Shown here one piece after another: positions 1 to 8,842 of a stretch of DNA of 64,000 nt. The translations under genes and the position numbers were made by a program. Source of the stretch: an uncultured Gammaproteobacteria bacterium (GTDB lineage Bacteria; Patescibacteriota; Patescibacteriia; Magasanikbacterales; GWA2-37-8). The notes under the pieces were generated by a model that saw only the letters and a program-made list of their open reading frames with translations, was not told the origin of the DNA and did not search any database. Location: contig CAZEDL010000001.1 of assembly GCA_964510885.1 (NCBI GenBank), positions 212,663-276,662 of the forward strand, written 5' to 3'. Within the stretch, counting starts at the first letter, position 1. Each line of letters opens with the position of its first letter.

Positions 1-300
1 CAACGGCAGGTGAATTCGCTGCAATGGAGAGTGATTTCCATTCCAGCGCCGCCGTGATTAGGGAAAGCTTCGAGAGTGCGGGTGGCGGTGGATTTACTGC
101 CGAGTTTGGTGAGGTTTTTTAGATCTTCTTTATTTGTAGGCATAGTTTATTTTTATCGTGTCGTTCCCGCGAAAGCCGGAATCCAGTGGCGTTATACTGA
201 GTGGTAAGTGCCTGGATCACCGCCTGCGCGGGGATGACAGTTGGGTGAAAGGTCGAATTGAAAGGGATTCTTCGCTGCGCTCAGAATGACAAATGAAGGA

Positions 301-1005
301 TTAGTACTTCAATGGTGTAAAATTCGTTTTCTTATCATAATGATCAATCCCCTCTTTTTTCTTAAGATACTTAATAATCAAATACGTAAGTGGCGTAGCC
401 AAGATTTCAAACCCAATCTTGAACATTGTTTCACTGATAATCACCCCGCGTAACTCGCTGGCAGCAAAGATCCCGCCGAAGGCGATGACGGTGAAAATGG
501 TGGTGTCAAAAGTTTCACCGACGATGGTGGAGCCGATGGTGCGCATCCAGAGGCGTTTTCCGTTCATCCAGACTTTCATTTTGGCTAGGACAAATGAATT
601 GGTGAAGCCGCCGACCAGATAGGCAATGAACGAAGCAGCGAGTAGGCGTGAAGAAAAACCAAGAATATTAGCGAAGGCTTCTTGCTGTTCAAAAAACGGA
701 GCCGGCGCCAAGCGCACAGCAATCGCAATAGCGCCCACCGCCAAAAAATTGCAGGCAAAGCCGGTCCAAAGCACGCGGCGGGCGGCGGCATAGCCGTAGA
801 CTTCGGTCAGAATATCAGAAATGACATAGCTGATGGGGAAAAAGATGACAGCGGAGGTAAGGAAGTGTCCATGAAAATCAGCTACTTTGACGGCTATGAT
901 ATTTGAAACTACGAGCACGGTGGTAAAAATGGCAGCGATCAGAGTGAAAAACTTTGATTCGGCCACTACCTTTTCTTCATCGCTTTTAGTGAAGAGCGAA
1001 AACAT
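301..1005 (-). CDS. Queuosine-precursor transporter (YhhQ/QueT, VUT family) membrane protein
   Basis: 234-aa polytopic membrane protein; sequence pattern typical of YhhQ/DUF165 family; ATG at 1003-1005. Confidence 0.6.
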   Translation of the reverse strand: MFSLFTKSDEEKVVAESKFFTLIAAIFTTVLVVSNIIAVKVADFHGHFLTSAVIFFPISYVISDILTEVYGYAAARRVLWTGFACNFLAVGAIAIAVRLAPAPFFEQQEAFANILGFSSRLLAASFIAYLVGGFTNSFVLAKMKVWMNGKRLWMRTIGSTIVGETFDTTIFTVIAFGGIFAASELRGVIISETMFKIGFEILATPLTYLIIKYLKKKEGIDHYDKKTNFTPLKY

Positions 1006-1080
1006 ACGTTGGTTTAAGAATTAATATACAGTACCCGGTGATCCGCTGGAGGTTCCAGCGGAGTGCCCACCACTATATAC

Positions 1081-1512
1081 TTATTTTTTGGCAACGTTGA
1101 TCGTAATTTTTTTAGCTTCGGCTGGTTTTGATTTCGGCAGGATGATTTTTAGGATGCCGTTACTGAATTCAGCGCATACACCCTCTTCAGACACGCTGCT
1201 TGGCAGCACGACTTCTCGATAGAACGATCCGGTGCGCACTTCTTTGCGGTAATAATTTTTTTCTTCAACTTCATGCTCTTTCTTTTGCTCGCCTTTTACC
1301 ACCAGCATGCCTTTATGGACGCTAACTTCCACATCTTCGGGGCGGACGCCAGCGAGCGGCAATTCCACCACGAGTGAGGTCTCCGTTTCGTACATGTCCA
1401 TGGGCGGGGCAAAGACTTTGAGCTCGCGATTACTCATCAGAGCCGGGAGCCGGTTCATGACGTCGTCCATATCGGAGAAGACGTCCATGGGGGTCCAACG
1501 AATTAGGGACAT
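1081..1512 (-). CDS. Hsp20/alpha-crystallin family small heat-shock protein
   Basis: 143 aa; alpha-crystallin domain pattern (…GILKIILPK…); SD AGGAGA upstream of ATG; last gene of hrcA-grpE operon. Confidence 0.8.
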   Translation of the reverse strand: MSLIRWTPMDVFSDMDDVMNRLPALMSNRELKVFAPPMDMYETETSLVVELPLAGVRPEDVEVSVHKGMLVVKGEQKKEHEVEEKNYYRKEVRTGSFYREVVLPSSVSEEGVCAEFSNGILKIILPKSKPAEAKKITINVAKK

Positions 1513-1564
1513 AGTTTTTCTCCTGCCAGTTGGCTACAGAAGAGAGCCAAGTGGCTTAAACTAA

Positions 1565-2137
1565 TTATTTAGCAATGATTACTTTGGCAACTTTGATAAT
1601 TCGATCTTTCATGCGGTAGCCACCATCAACTTCTTTTAGAATAATGCCATGCGGTTTGTCGAACTCTTCTTCGCCAACGGCTTCGTGCAACCGAGTGTCA
1701 AGTGGCTCGCCAACGGTTTTGATCTCTTCCACACCATGGGCTTTGAGAATATCTGCAAACTGTTTTTGAATGTATCCAATCCCCACTACCCAGTTAGTTT
1801 GTTCTTTACTCCAGTCCATTTTATCTTTGGCTGTAAAAGCTTTTTTAAAGTTGTCGTAGACCGGGATAAATTCTTCGAGGATCATTTGCTCGCTCAGTGA
1901 TGCCCATTCACTACGGCGGGCAGCGGTTTCTTTTTGCAAATTCTGATAATCGGCGATAGCACGTTGCCAATTTTGCTTGTATTCAGTGGTTAATTTTTCA
2001 AGCGGACTGCAGTTGACACAGGTTTCGGTAGAAGCAGCGGGCACTTCAGTCTTAGGCTCTTCCGAAAGCGGTGGCGTGACAGTGGATTGGTTGTCAGATT
2101 TAATATCGTCCATACTAACAATATAACAGTTTAACAA
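1565..2137 (-). CDS. grpE: Nucleotide exchange factor GrpE
   Basis: 190 aa; GrpE coiled-coil N-term and C-terminal beta domain (…DTRLHEAV…GYRMKDRIIK…); immediately downstream of hrcA. Confidence 0.85.
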   Translation of the reverse strand: MLNCYIVSMDDIKSDNQSTVTPPLSEEPKTEVPAASTETCVNCSPLEKLTTEYKQNWQRAIADYQNLQKETAARRSEWASLSEQMILEEFIPVYDNFKKAFTAKDKMDWSKEQTNWVVGIGYIQKQFADILKAHGVEEIKTVGEPLDTRLHEAVGEEEFDKPHGIILKEVDGGYRMKDRIIKVAKVIIAK

Positions 2138-2155
2138 TTTAGCAATGTGGTTTAA

Positions 2156-2842
2156 TTAAATAAGGTCTTTAATTTTTTGCATTAAGGCCCAGTTGCCGGC
2201 GTAGTTCATGCGCTGCGGGCCGAGCACAGCTACCAGCGATTCTTGGTCCGGACCAAAGCGCATGGCGAGCACACTTAGCATATCGCCAAAATGATGTTCA
2301 TTGCCGATAAAATAACGTGGTTCATTCGATACTAGCGGGTAAAAATTTTCGAGCGCCTCTTCGCAGCGATCGAATACGGCTGAGACATTCACCACGCTGC
2401 CAATTTCGGAAAAATCACGTTTTTGAAACAAGTTGCTGAGGCCGGTGTAGTAAATGCGATTGCGATCAAAGGCTACAAGAACCATGTCGGTCGAGAGTTC
2501 CACCAGGCTTTTGGCTAGATTTTTGCGCAGAGCTTCGTATTCACCCTCGCCAGTTATGGCTTCAGCCAGCTTTTTTTCTTCATTTTTATTGAGTTTAATT
2601 TTGGTAAAATCCAGGCGATCGACATAATATCTATACCCACGAGACGTAGGGATGCGACCAGCAGACGTATGCGGATGGGTGAGATAGCCAGCTTCTTCAA
2701 GGGCCCGAAGTTCATTACGAACCGTGGCTTCACTCCATTCCAGGTCGGCTTCGGACACTAAAAACTTAGAACCGACCGGTTCGCCGGTGGCTATGTATTG
2801 CTCGATAACAGCCATTAATAGTTGCTCCGGGCGGGAATCCAT
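2156..2842 (-). CDS. hrcA: Heat-inducible transcription repressor HrcA (short form)
   Basis: N-terminal winged-helix typical of HrcA (…EQYIATGEPVGSK…); ORF-track start 2851 is GTG; ATG at 2840-2842 more likely; CIRCE element directly upstream. Confidence 0.75.
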   Translation of the reverse strand: MDSRPEQLLMAVIEQYIATGEPVGSKFLVSEADLEWSEATVRNELRALEEAGYLTHPHTSAGRIPTSRGYRYYVDRLDFTKIKLNKNEEKKLAEAITGEGEYEALRKNLAKSLVELSTDMVLVAFDRNRIYYTGLSNLFQKRDFSEIGSVVNVSAVFDRCEEALENFYPLVSNEPRYFIGNEHHFGDMLSVLAMRFGPDQESLVAVLGPQRMNYAGNWALMQKIKDLI

Positions 2843-2844
2843 AG

Positions 2845-2871
2845 TTATCACTCTAAGTATCTGAGTGATAA
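2845..2871. promoter_or_regulatory. CIRCE-like operator (TTATCACTC-N9-GAGTGATAA) of hrcA-grpE-hsp20 operon
   Basis: Perfect 9-bp inverted repeat with 9-nt spacer matching CIRCE consensus TTAGCACTC-N9-GAGTGCTAA at 7/9 positions per arm; abuts hrcA start. Confidence 0.65.
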
Positions 2872-2898
2872 GATACTACGCTCCTCTGCCCTCGTCAA
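2870..2898 (-). promoter_or_regulatory. Putative sigma70-like promoter (-35 TTGACG / 17 nt / -10 TATCTT) overlapping CIRCE
   Basis: On minus strand TTGACG(2893-2898) then a 17-nt spacer then TATCTT(2870-2875); classical CIRCE-over-promoter layout. Confidence 0.4.
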
Positions 2899-2911
2899 GG
2901 CTAACTGTGTA

Positions 2912-2940
2912 CAAAAACGAGCCAGCCAAGGGCTGACTCG
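2912..2940 (-). terminator. Hairpin + T-run terminator after SPFH gene
   Basis: minus-strand GAGTCAGCCCTTGGCTGGCTCGTTTTTGT. Confidence 0.4.
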
Positions 2941-2960
2941 TATTGATAGGCATTATTTTG

Positions 2961-3551
2961 CTAGTGGATCTGCGAAACTTCGCCAAATAAGACGTTTTCT
3001 ACAAAAATGCCGCGTGCATAGAAAATTCGTTCTAATTCATTCTTTAAATCCTGCTCTACTTCGTGGCGACGTACGGTGATGATATCTTGGTAAGCAAAGC
3101 GACTAAATACCATGCGGATGCGGCTGCGAATGGCCGGACGAACAATTTTAACTACAAAATCCTCACCAATGGTTTGCCAAATTGACGGAATCTGATGCAC
3201 ATCAAGGCGGAGCAAGATGGTTCCTTCGACCCCAACTCGTTTACCATCAATTGTTACTGCGGCAATTGGGATATCCCCCATCGCCCGTTCGTGCTGCATG
3301 TCGAATTGGCGACTGATGCCATATTCGAGCGTTTGGGTATTGAATAGTTTGGCTTTCTGCCAAAAGGGAATTTTGAGATGCAGGCCTGGAGTGAGCACTT
3401 TTTTGAGCACGCCGCGGCCAAGATCGTAGACACAGGCCACATACCCCGGCGGGACATGAATGAAGAGCCCTTTCAGAACATCATCTACGACGAATGAATA
3501 CATTAACTTATCGAGAGAATCTCCGGCCATAGAGTTGAGTGAAATTTTCAA
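2961..3551 (-). CDS. SPFH/Band-7 (stomatin/prohibitin-like) domain protein
   Basis: 196 aa; SPFH-like pattern; ORF-track start is TTG, internal ATG (MAGDSLDK) at 3530 may be true start. Confidence 0.55.
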   Translation of the reverse strand: MKISLNSMAGDSLDKLMYSFVVDDVLKGLFIHVPPGYVACVYDLGRGVLKKVLTPGLHLKIPFWQKAKLFNTQTLEYGISRQFDMQHERAMGDIPIAAVTIDGKRVGVEGTILLRLDVHQIPSIWQTIGEDFVVKIVRPAIRSRIRMVFSRFAYQDIITVRRHEVEQDLKNELERIFYARGIFVENVLFGEVSQIH

Positions 3552-3645
3552 TTATCAATTTGCAATTTTCAATGACAATTAGATATTGAAAATTGAAGTA
3601 TTGTAAATTGTTTGAAAATTGGAAATTAGATATTGAAAATTAATT
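3540..3645. promoter_or_regulatory. Array of five 9-bp TTGAAAATT / AATTTTCAA motifs in yidC upstream region
   Basis: Two inverted copies (AATTTTCAA at ~3543, ~3565) and three direct copies (TTGAAAATT at ~3594, ~3613, ~3631); 18-bp direct repeat AATTAGATATTGAAAATT twice. Confidence 0.35.
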
Positions 3646-4363
3646 AATGATGCCCACCACCATGACCATGATCTTTTTTAGGGCTAAAAAACATCTTACC
3701 AACCAGGCTAACTATATCAGAAAATACTAGGGTTGTCAAAATAAAAAGTGACTTAACCATGGGCAAAAACCACAGGAAAAAGAAGATGAACAAGGGAAAT
3801 AAAAATAGGAAAAAGAAATCTTCCTGCTCCCATTTCTTTTTGAACCCATGCTCGAGTAGCGTACTGATAAAAACATACCCGGCCACAATGCTGGCCCAGA
3901 TAGTGTCGTGGGTTTTGCCAATATCAAAGCCGTAAAAGTATTTGTTGATGGTGCCCGGAAAGTCTACGCCGCTATATAAAATTTTGATAATTTTTTCACC
4001 ACTGATACCGCGCACAAATACCTGGTAGAGCAATAAAAATACGATTACCTGCACCGCCAGAGTCAGTACTTTAGCCCAGGGCGACACCCCATGGCGGTTC
4101 ATGACACGGCGGAATTCTTGCTTCTGAATGATCGGATCGTGGGAATATTTAGCCGCGACTTGTTTGGCTTCGGCGATCAGGGTTTCTTGCTTGAGGCTGT
4201 TGCGCTCAGAGATAATGCTGAGAGGCAGCAGGGCTACGCGAAGCAATACCGTGAGCCAGATCACCGCCCAGCCCAAATTCTCGCCGGCGATGCTGTTGTA
4301 AATATAAAACAGCGCGTTGAAGAGCGGCTGATAAAAAATGGTGAACCACAGACTAGAAAACAT
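3644..4363 (-). CDS. yidC: Membrane protein insertase YidC/Oxa1 family (short form) with C-terminal His/Gly-rich tail
   Basis: 239 aa; YidC 60-kDa inner-membrane-protein core pattern; C-terminal tail KKDHGHGGGHH. Confidence 0.75.
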   Translation of the reverse strand: MFSSLWFTIFYQPLFNALFYIYNSIAGENLGWAVIWLTVLLRVALLPLSIISERNSLKQETLIAEAKQVAAKYSHDPIIQKQEFRRVMNRHGVSPWAKVLTLAVQVIVFLLLYQVFVRGISGEKIIKILYSGVDFPGTINKYFYGFDIGKTHDTIWASIVAGYVFISTLLEHGFKKKWEQEDFFFLFLFPLFIFFFLWFLPMVKSLFILTTLVFSDIVSLVGKMFFSPKKDHGHGGGHH

Positions 4364-4539
4364 ACATCAGGAGTCAGTAAAAATTATTAAGCTTAGCATA
4401 CCATAAAAAAAGTGTTGTGAAAATAAGTAAAAAATGCTACTATTAATATAGCAAATTTAATCCAAAGTCTAGGCCAACTACTAAAAAAACATTTTTTCTT
4501 GTCGATATTGGGCTGTTTATACAAATCAATAACTAGCGT

Positions 4540-4731
4540 ATGGCTGGAGAGAAATCTTCGCTAAAACAGATGACATCTTTAGTTAAAGATGCATATGCAG
4601 CTTTCGCTGAATTTATGCGTGATTTAATGTCTATAAAAAAAGCTGAAAAAGATATAATTACCGAAGCTCATCGAAGAGTTGATGCCAAAAAGTTAGCAAT
4701 CATTAAATCAAAAATTAATTCTATTGACTAA
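4540..4731 (+). CDS. Hypothetical small helical protein (63 aa)
   Basis: Stop TAA 4729-4731 is 1 nt before ATG of next gene (translational coupling). Confidence 0.35.
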   Translation: MAGEKSSLKQMTSLVKDAYAAFAEFMRDLMSIKKAEKDIITEAHRRVDAKKLAIIKSKINSID

Positions 4732-4732
4732 T

Positions 4733-6520
4733 ATGGCGAAGACACGAGAAAAATTTGTGCTCCCGGTGCCCAAAGAAAATGTAGCTGTCCACGAACGTCT
4801 ACCGCGAGAGCAGTCGACTGCTGACAGCGAGATTGCAGCTTTAGAAGAAATACACGACCGAGCTGCCCAGGAAGTAGGCGTTCTATCAGAGAAATTTGGA
4901 CGCGACATGACAGATCAGGCGTTAACAAAGACAGACAAGCTTGAAATTACCAAGTTAGAAAACCGGGCGAAAGGTTTGTTTGGAAGACTGCAATCAAGAA
5001 TTGAAGGCCTGCTTGGCAGAAAAAAAACAGCTGAAAAAAAGATTGTGATGACTAGTAGCCCGGATAGAGAGATACACTCTAGCGATCATTTGTCGGGAAG
5101 TGAGACATACCAAGAAATGGAGGCTCGAATTAACAAAGAAATTCCTGAGCACTTAACTGCAGAACAGCTTACCAGATTATCTTTACTGGTAGATTCTGAG
5201 CGATTGCTCGTAGAAAAAAAGTTTTACGAGACACCAAACTATGAGACAAAAAACGCGCTAAACAATTTGGTACAAAAGAAAATAGCTATCATGGAGAGGT
5301 TAGAGAAACTAAATAGAGAAGATCCGGAAATAAAACAGGCTGCAGAAGCCAAAAAAATTGACGATTATTTAAAGAACAGCATTCAAGCTCCACCAGAATC
5401 AAAATTGAATTATGACATGGTTTCAGATTCTGTTTTAAATAGCGACCCGCTGTTACTTTTGGGCAGATATTTTCAAGATTTAAACGAGCAGCAGGATAGC
5501 CTCAAGTATTCTAATGATTCTGACAAAAATCCAAAAAGAATGGTCATTGCAGAACGCATGGAAGAGGCAGCACGTGCCCTCGAGAAACTGCGCAAAGGAG
5601 ATCCGGTAGAGGCAGAAAAACTGGTAAAAGATAAATTCTACTATGTTTCCGGTGGGCAGCAGGGAACTGGAATAGATCGGGGCCTTGTTCTTGACAGTAT
5701 CAAGAGGCTTGTCTATCCAAAGTTAAAAAAAGATCTACAAGACAGTGGTCGCCATTTATTGGCTGATTTTCAAGCTCAAGCTGAAGCTGCGCGCCAACAA
5801 CTTAAGGGTTTTGCTCCTGAGACGCTAGATGTTAATTACAACCTTCAGCCGGTGATTAAAGCGATTAACGAACGGATAAATCACTTTACAGAAGTGTTAT
5901 CCGTGGATCAAGCAAACGGCCGTCAAGACAGAGCGGCTGATTTAACAATGGCGCTTCAGGATTTAGAAAAAAGCCGTAAGACAGCGCTGGATCTGATGGA
6001 GGCACAAAAAAAACTACCAGCCGACCTTAACAGCAAGGCAAAAAAACTTGAATCATATCAACCTATTGCGACAGATTCAAAAGAAGTTAGAGAGACATTA
6101 GCGGAAGTTGAATTAAAAAAAGATATAGCAGCTCTTGAGCAAAAGCTGGAAAAAGATATGTCCAGTCTTGAAAATTTTCTTAGCCCGGTTATGAGCGCAG
6201 CTGATTTTGATGCGTTTTTAACTAACCCTAACAAGTTCATTGCCTCAATCCTTGAATTGACACCTGAAAAAATTGCTCAAAAAATCAAGGAAGTCGGGGA
6301 AAAATATAAAACACCTAAAAAATCTGCCCCGGATAAAAACGATGAAGTGGGAAGAAAGCGATTAAGCAAAGCCAAATTAGAATATAATTTCTGGAATGTT
6401 ATACCCGAAACTGTGGAAATAATGCATTCTATCAGACAAAAACAGGAGAAACTTAAAAAGTACGAATCAGATTTGGTTAGTATCCAAAACTTTTCTAAAA
6501 ACGACAGGCTGAGTGCTTAG
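4733..6520 (+). CDS. Hypothetical large K/E-rich predicted coiled-coil protein
   Basis: ~595 aa, heptad-like K/E/L-rich composition throughout, no recognisable catalytic motif; ATG 4733. Confidence 0.5.
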   Translation: MAKTREKFVLPVPKENVAVHERLPREQSTADSEIAALEEIHDRAAQEVGVLSEKFGRDMTDQALTKTDKLEITKLENRAKGLFGRLQSRIEGLLGRKKTAEKKIVMTSSPDREIHSSDHLSGSETYQEMEARINKEIPEHLTAEQLTRLSLLVDSERLLVEKKFYETPNYETKNALNNLVQKKIAIMERLEKLNREDPEIKQAAEAKKIDDYLKNSIQAPPESKLNYDMVSDSVLNSDPLLLLGRYFQDLNEQQDSLKYSNDSDKNPKRMVIAERMEEAARALEKLRKGDPVEAEKLVKDKFYYVSGGQQGTGIDRGLVLDSIKRLVYPKLKKDLQDSGRHLLADFQAQAEAARQQLKGFAPETLDVNYNLQPVIKAINERINHFTEVLSVDQANGRQDRAADLTMALQDLEKSRKTALDLMEAQKKLPADLNSKAKKLESYQPIATDSKEVRETLAEVELKKDIAALEQKLEKDMSSLENFLSPVMSAADFDAFLTNPNKFIASILELTPEKIAQKIKEVGEKYKTPKKSAPDKNDEVGRKRLSKAKLEYNFWNVIPETVEIMHSIRQKQEKLKKYESDLVSIQNFSKNDRLSA

Positions 6521-6571
6521 TTTGCAATAAAAAGAAGGGTAAGTTGAAAAAAGTAGCCTAATATAAAGCAA

Positions 6572-6600
6572 AAAACTACGGAGCGAACCGTAGTTTTTTT
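6572..6600 (+). terminator. Rho-independent terminator
   Basis: CTACGG-AGCGAA-CCGTAG hairpin followed by TTTTTTT. Confidence 0.6.
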
Positions 6601-6818
6601 ATATATATAAAGTAAAACTTACTTGACAATTCGAACAGAATGGGGTAGCGTAGGATGCTATTTCCGCGTTACTGCGGATATAGGACACGCTCTTTTTATT
6701 AGAATAGACTACTCGTCAGTTAGTTGCTTTGAATTAAGGAAATAAATTTTTGTTTGCTAACTTCAAAGCAATTACTAACCGCTTCTCCTGCCGGCAAGGC
6801 AGGGAAAGGAAACAACGA

Positions 6819-7580
6819 ATGATTGAAAAAGATAAAGAAGGTTCGGGAGGAGACATTGGCCCCATGACCACACTCCCCGCTGACACCCTCGTGGTGATTG
6901 AGGCAGAGCTCCCTCCGGACGTGCCTTATGTTCCGGCAGTGGTGTTGGATCCGAACACCCGCCGAAATGAGGCGGTGTACACACCAGAGCTCCTCCGGGC
7001 AGCTGGCCTGTCTGATCCACAGGCTCCACAGCTCCCCCTGCTGAGCGAGGCAGAAGACCATCCGAAGCAGCTACAGGACTATAACGTCGATGTGTCGGAC
7101 CTCTTGGCGGAAGCTGCGGCCGGGCCCCCTCCTCAACCTGGCCCTCCGCCGCTACAACTGCCCACGACTCCACCGGCGCCACAGCGGGCATTCCCGCGCT
7201 CGCGCCTCGGTAGCGTCATCTTGGCGCTCGGTGGCGCTGCTGGCATGGCGCTCATGCTCGCCAACTGGGCCTGGACGAGCCCACCAAAGCCCCGTAGCTC
7301 GACAGATTTCGGTCTGCCGGAGGCAGTGGTGCCTGCGCCCATACCCTCCCCCGACATTCCGCGGCAGTGCCAGCACCTTCCGGCTGCGGCGCGTGGGAAA
7401 CAGTGCCCCGCAGCGACCAGGGCCATTGAGGTCGAGGTACCGGAGCCCCAGAAAAAGCGGCCGAAAAAATCGCGTCGCAAAAGAGCTACACCGCCCACCT
7501 CTCCACCCTCTGTGCCACCACCCGCTGCGGTGGTAGCGCCGCCTGAGCCCGAGCAAGCGCCTCCTCCTCCGGCCGAGTAG
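6819..7580 (+). CDS. Hypothetical proline-rich, single-TM membrane-anchored protein encoded in a high-GC islet
   Basis: ATG 6819 with AGGGAAAGGA SD; PPPQPGPPP / TPPTSPPSVPPP low-complexity segments, central hydrophobic helix (LGSVILALGGAAGMALMLANWAW), basic KKRPKKSRRKR patch; local GC far above flanks. Confidence 0.45.
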   Translation: MIEKDKEGSGGDIGPMTTLPADTLVVIEAELPPDVPYVPAVVLDPNTRRNEAVYTPELLRAAGLSDPQAPQLPLLSEAEDHPKQLQDYNVDVSDLLAEAAAGPPPQPGPPPLQLPTTPPAPQRAFPRSRLGSVILALGGAAGMALMLANWAWTSPPKPRSSTDFGLPEAVVPAPIPSPDIPRQCQHLPAAARGKQCPAATRAIEVEVPEPQKKRPKKSRRKRATPPTSPPSVPPPAAVVAPPEPEQAPPPPAE

Positions 7581-7700
7581 TCACCCCCTGCCCCACCTCC
7601 CATCTGGGACGGCCAACTGGGGCAGGCGCATCGCCCTTCCCCTCCCTGTCATTTTATCTTCGATGAGCTGACAGGTAGAAGGGTGGCGCAATTATTTAAA

Positions 7701-7737
7701 AATATCCTCCTGATTAATCAGGAGGATATTTTTTTAT
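7701..7737. terminator. Strong bidirectional terminator
   Basis: Perfect hairpin ATATCCTCCTGATT-AATC-AGGAGGATAT + T-run. Confidence 0.65.
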
Positions 7738-8039
7738 TTCTTTTCGGACGTAGACAGTATGTTTTTTACCAGAGCAAAATTTTTCTGTTCAGGAGATAGC
7801 CCATATTTGTCTTCCAATTTAGAGGCCTCTTGCAACTGTTTTTTTTTTGGGACTGGCTCGCCTGAACGTAGCGTGGCATTAAAAATGAATAGATAGTCCT
7901 CGGCGTCGCGGCTTGACCAACCGAGTTTCTGTAAGGCTTCTATACGCCTAAGGTTGGCTTCAGCCTCGCTTACTTGGATATCAAACTGGATTTGGTGTGG
8001 AATAATAAATTCACCGGGTACAGGTTTTTTGAAAGGCAT
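7734..8039 (-). CDS. Hypothetical protein (101 aa)
   Basis: ORF with coding-like composition, 2 nt from upstream EEP gene. Confidence 0.4.
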   Translation of the reverse strand: MPFKKPVPGEFIIPHQIQFDIQVSEAEANLRRIEALQKLGWSSRDAEDYLFIFNATLRSGEPVPKKKQLQEASKLEDKYGLSPEQKNFALVKNILSTSEKK

Positions 8040-8041
8040 AG

Positions 8042-8842
8042 TTAATTAATAGTAAGAATAAGCGGCAAATGGTCAGAGATTGGCAAATCCGGAACGGTAA
8101 AATTTTTTACGGTCAGGCCCGGAGTAACAAAAGCATAATCGGCAAATTCTTGAAACCCATTCTCGCCGGCCGCATATTCTGGGTGGATCTGCTTAAGCAA
8201 GCTACCACGCGTCGTCTTGATAGCCCATTCTTTAACCAGGTTGCGGAAACCCGCTTTTTCAAAGGCAGTGACGCTGACAGTGTCGGGAAGTAGATTAAAA
8301 TCTCCCATGATAACTTTGTCTCCACTAAATTGCTCTGCTGTCCGGATAATTTTTTCTGACTGGGCTAACCGGTCGGGTGTATCTAGCTTTGAGAATGGAT
8401 AGGCGGTGCCGTGGACGCTAAAAACAGTTAGTGGCATCCCCTTCAATTCAGTTCTGACGTAAGCTGAGTTATGCGGCAAGGTAATAATATCATCAGCCAT
8501 ATAACTATTACGTTCGTGATAGATAAAGAAATTGCCACTGCCGTGAATGGGCCAGGTTTTTTTTACAAACAGCGCCACACCTTGCTCGATCGGAAGCGGC
8601 ACCATTGTCTCGACGTCAAAATTAGCTTGGGACGGAGCGAAAAAATGCTGGAAGCCTGGCAAAGCAGTGATTAGCTCTTCAAGCAAATTGGTGCGGGCGC
8701 CGTGACTTTCGCCAGCCGGGCCGGTGGTAGAGAGTATCTCTTGAAAACAAAAAATATCCGTGGTTGGGGCCTCGGATGTTATGAAGTCAAGCAGCGGTTC
8801 AAAAAAATGACCGGCGTATGTATTAAGCGAAATTATTTTCAT
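8042..8842 (-). CDS. Endonuclease/exonuclease/phosphatase (EEP) family protein
   Basis: 266 aa; EEP signatures (…MGDFNLLPD…, …SDHLPLIL…). Confidence 0.7.
   Translation of the reverse strand: MKIISLNTYAGHFFEPLLDFITSEAPTTDIFCFQEILSTTGPAGESHGARTNLLEELITALPGFQHFFAPSQANFDVETMVPLPIEQGVALFVKKTWPIHGSGNFFIYHERNSYMADDIITLPHNSAYVRTELKGMPLTVFSVHGTAYPFSKLDTPDRLAQSEKIIRTAEQFSGDKVIMGDFNLLPDTVSVTAFEKAGFRNLVKEWAIKTTRGSLLKQIHPEYAAGENGFQEFADYAFVTPGLTVKNFTVPDLPISDHLPLILTIN

Noticed and set aside
6775-7603. Multiple long overlapping ORFs on both strands (6775..7191 -, 7090..7536 +, 7133..7603 -, 7152..7556 -)
   Set aside because: They lie entirely within the high-GC islet, where stop codons are rare. Their translations are Arg/Gly/Ala-rich nonsense typical of out-of-frame GC-rich DNA. 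Only the + frame with SD and ATG 6819 is kept.
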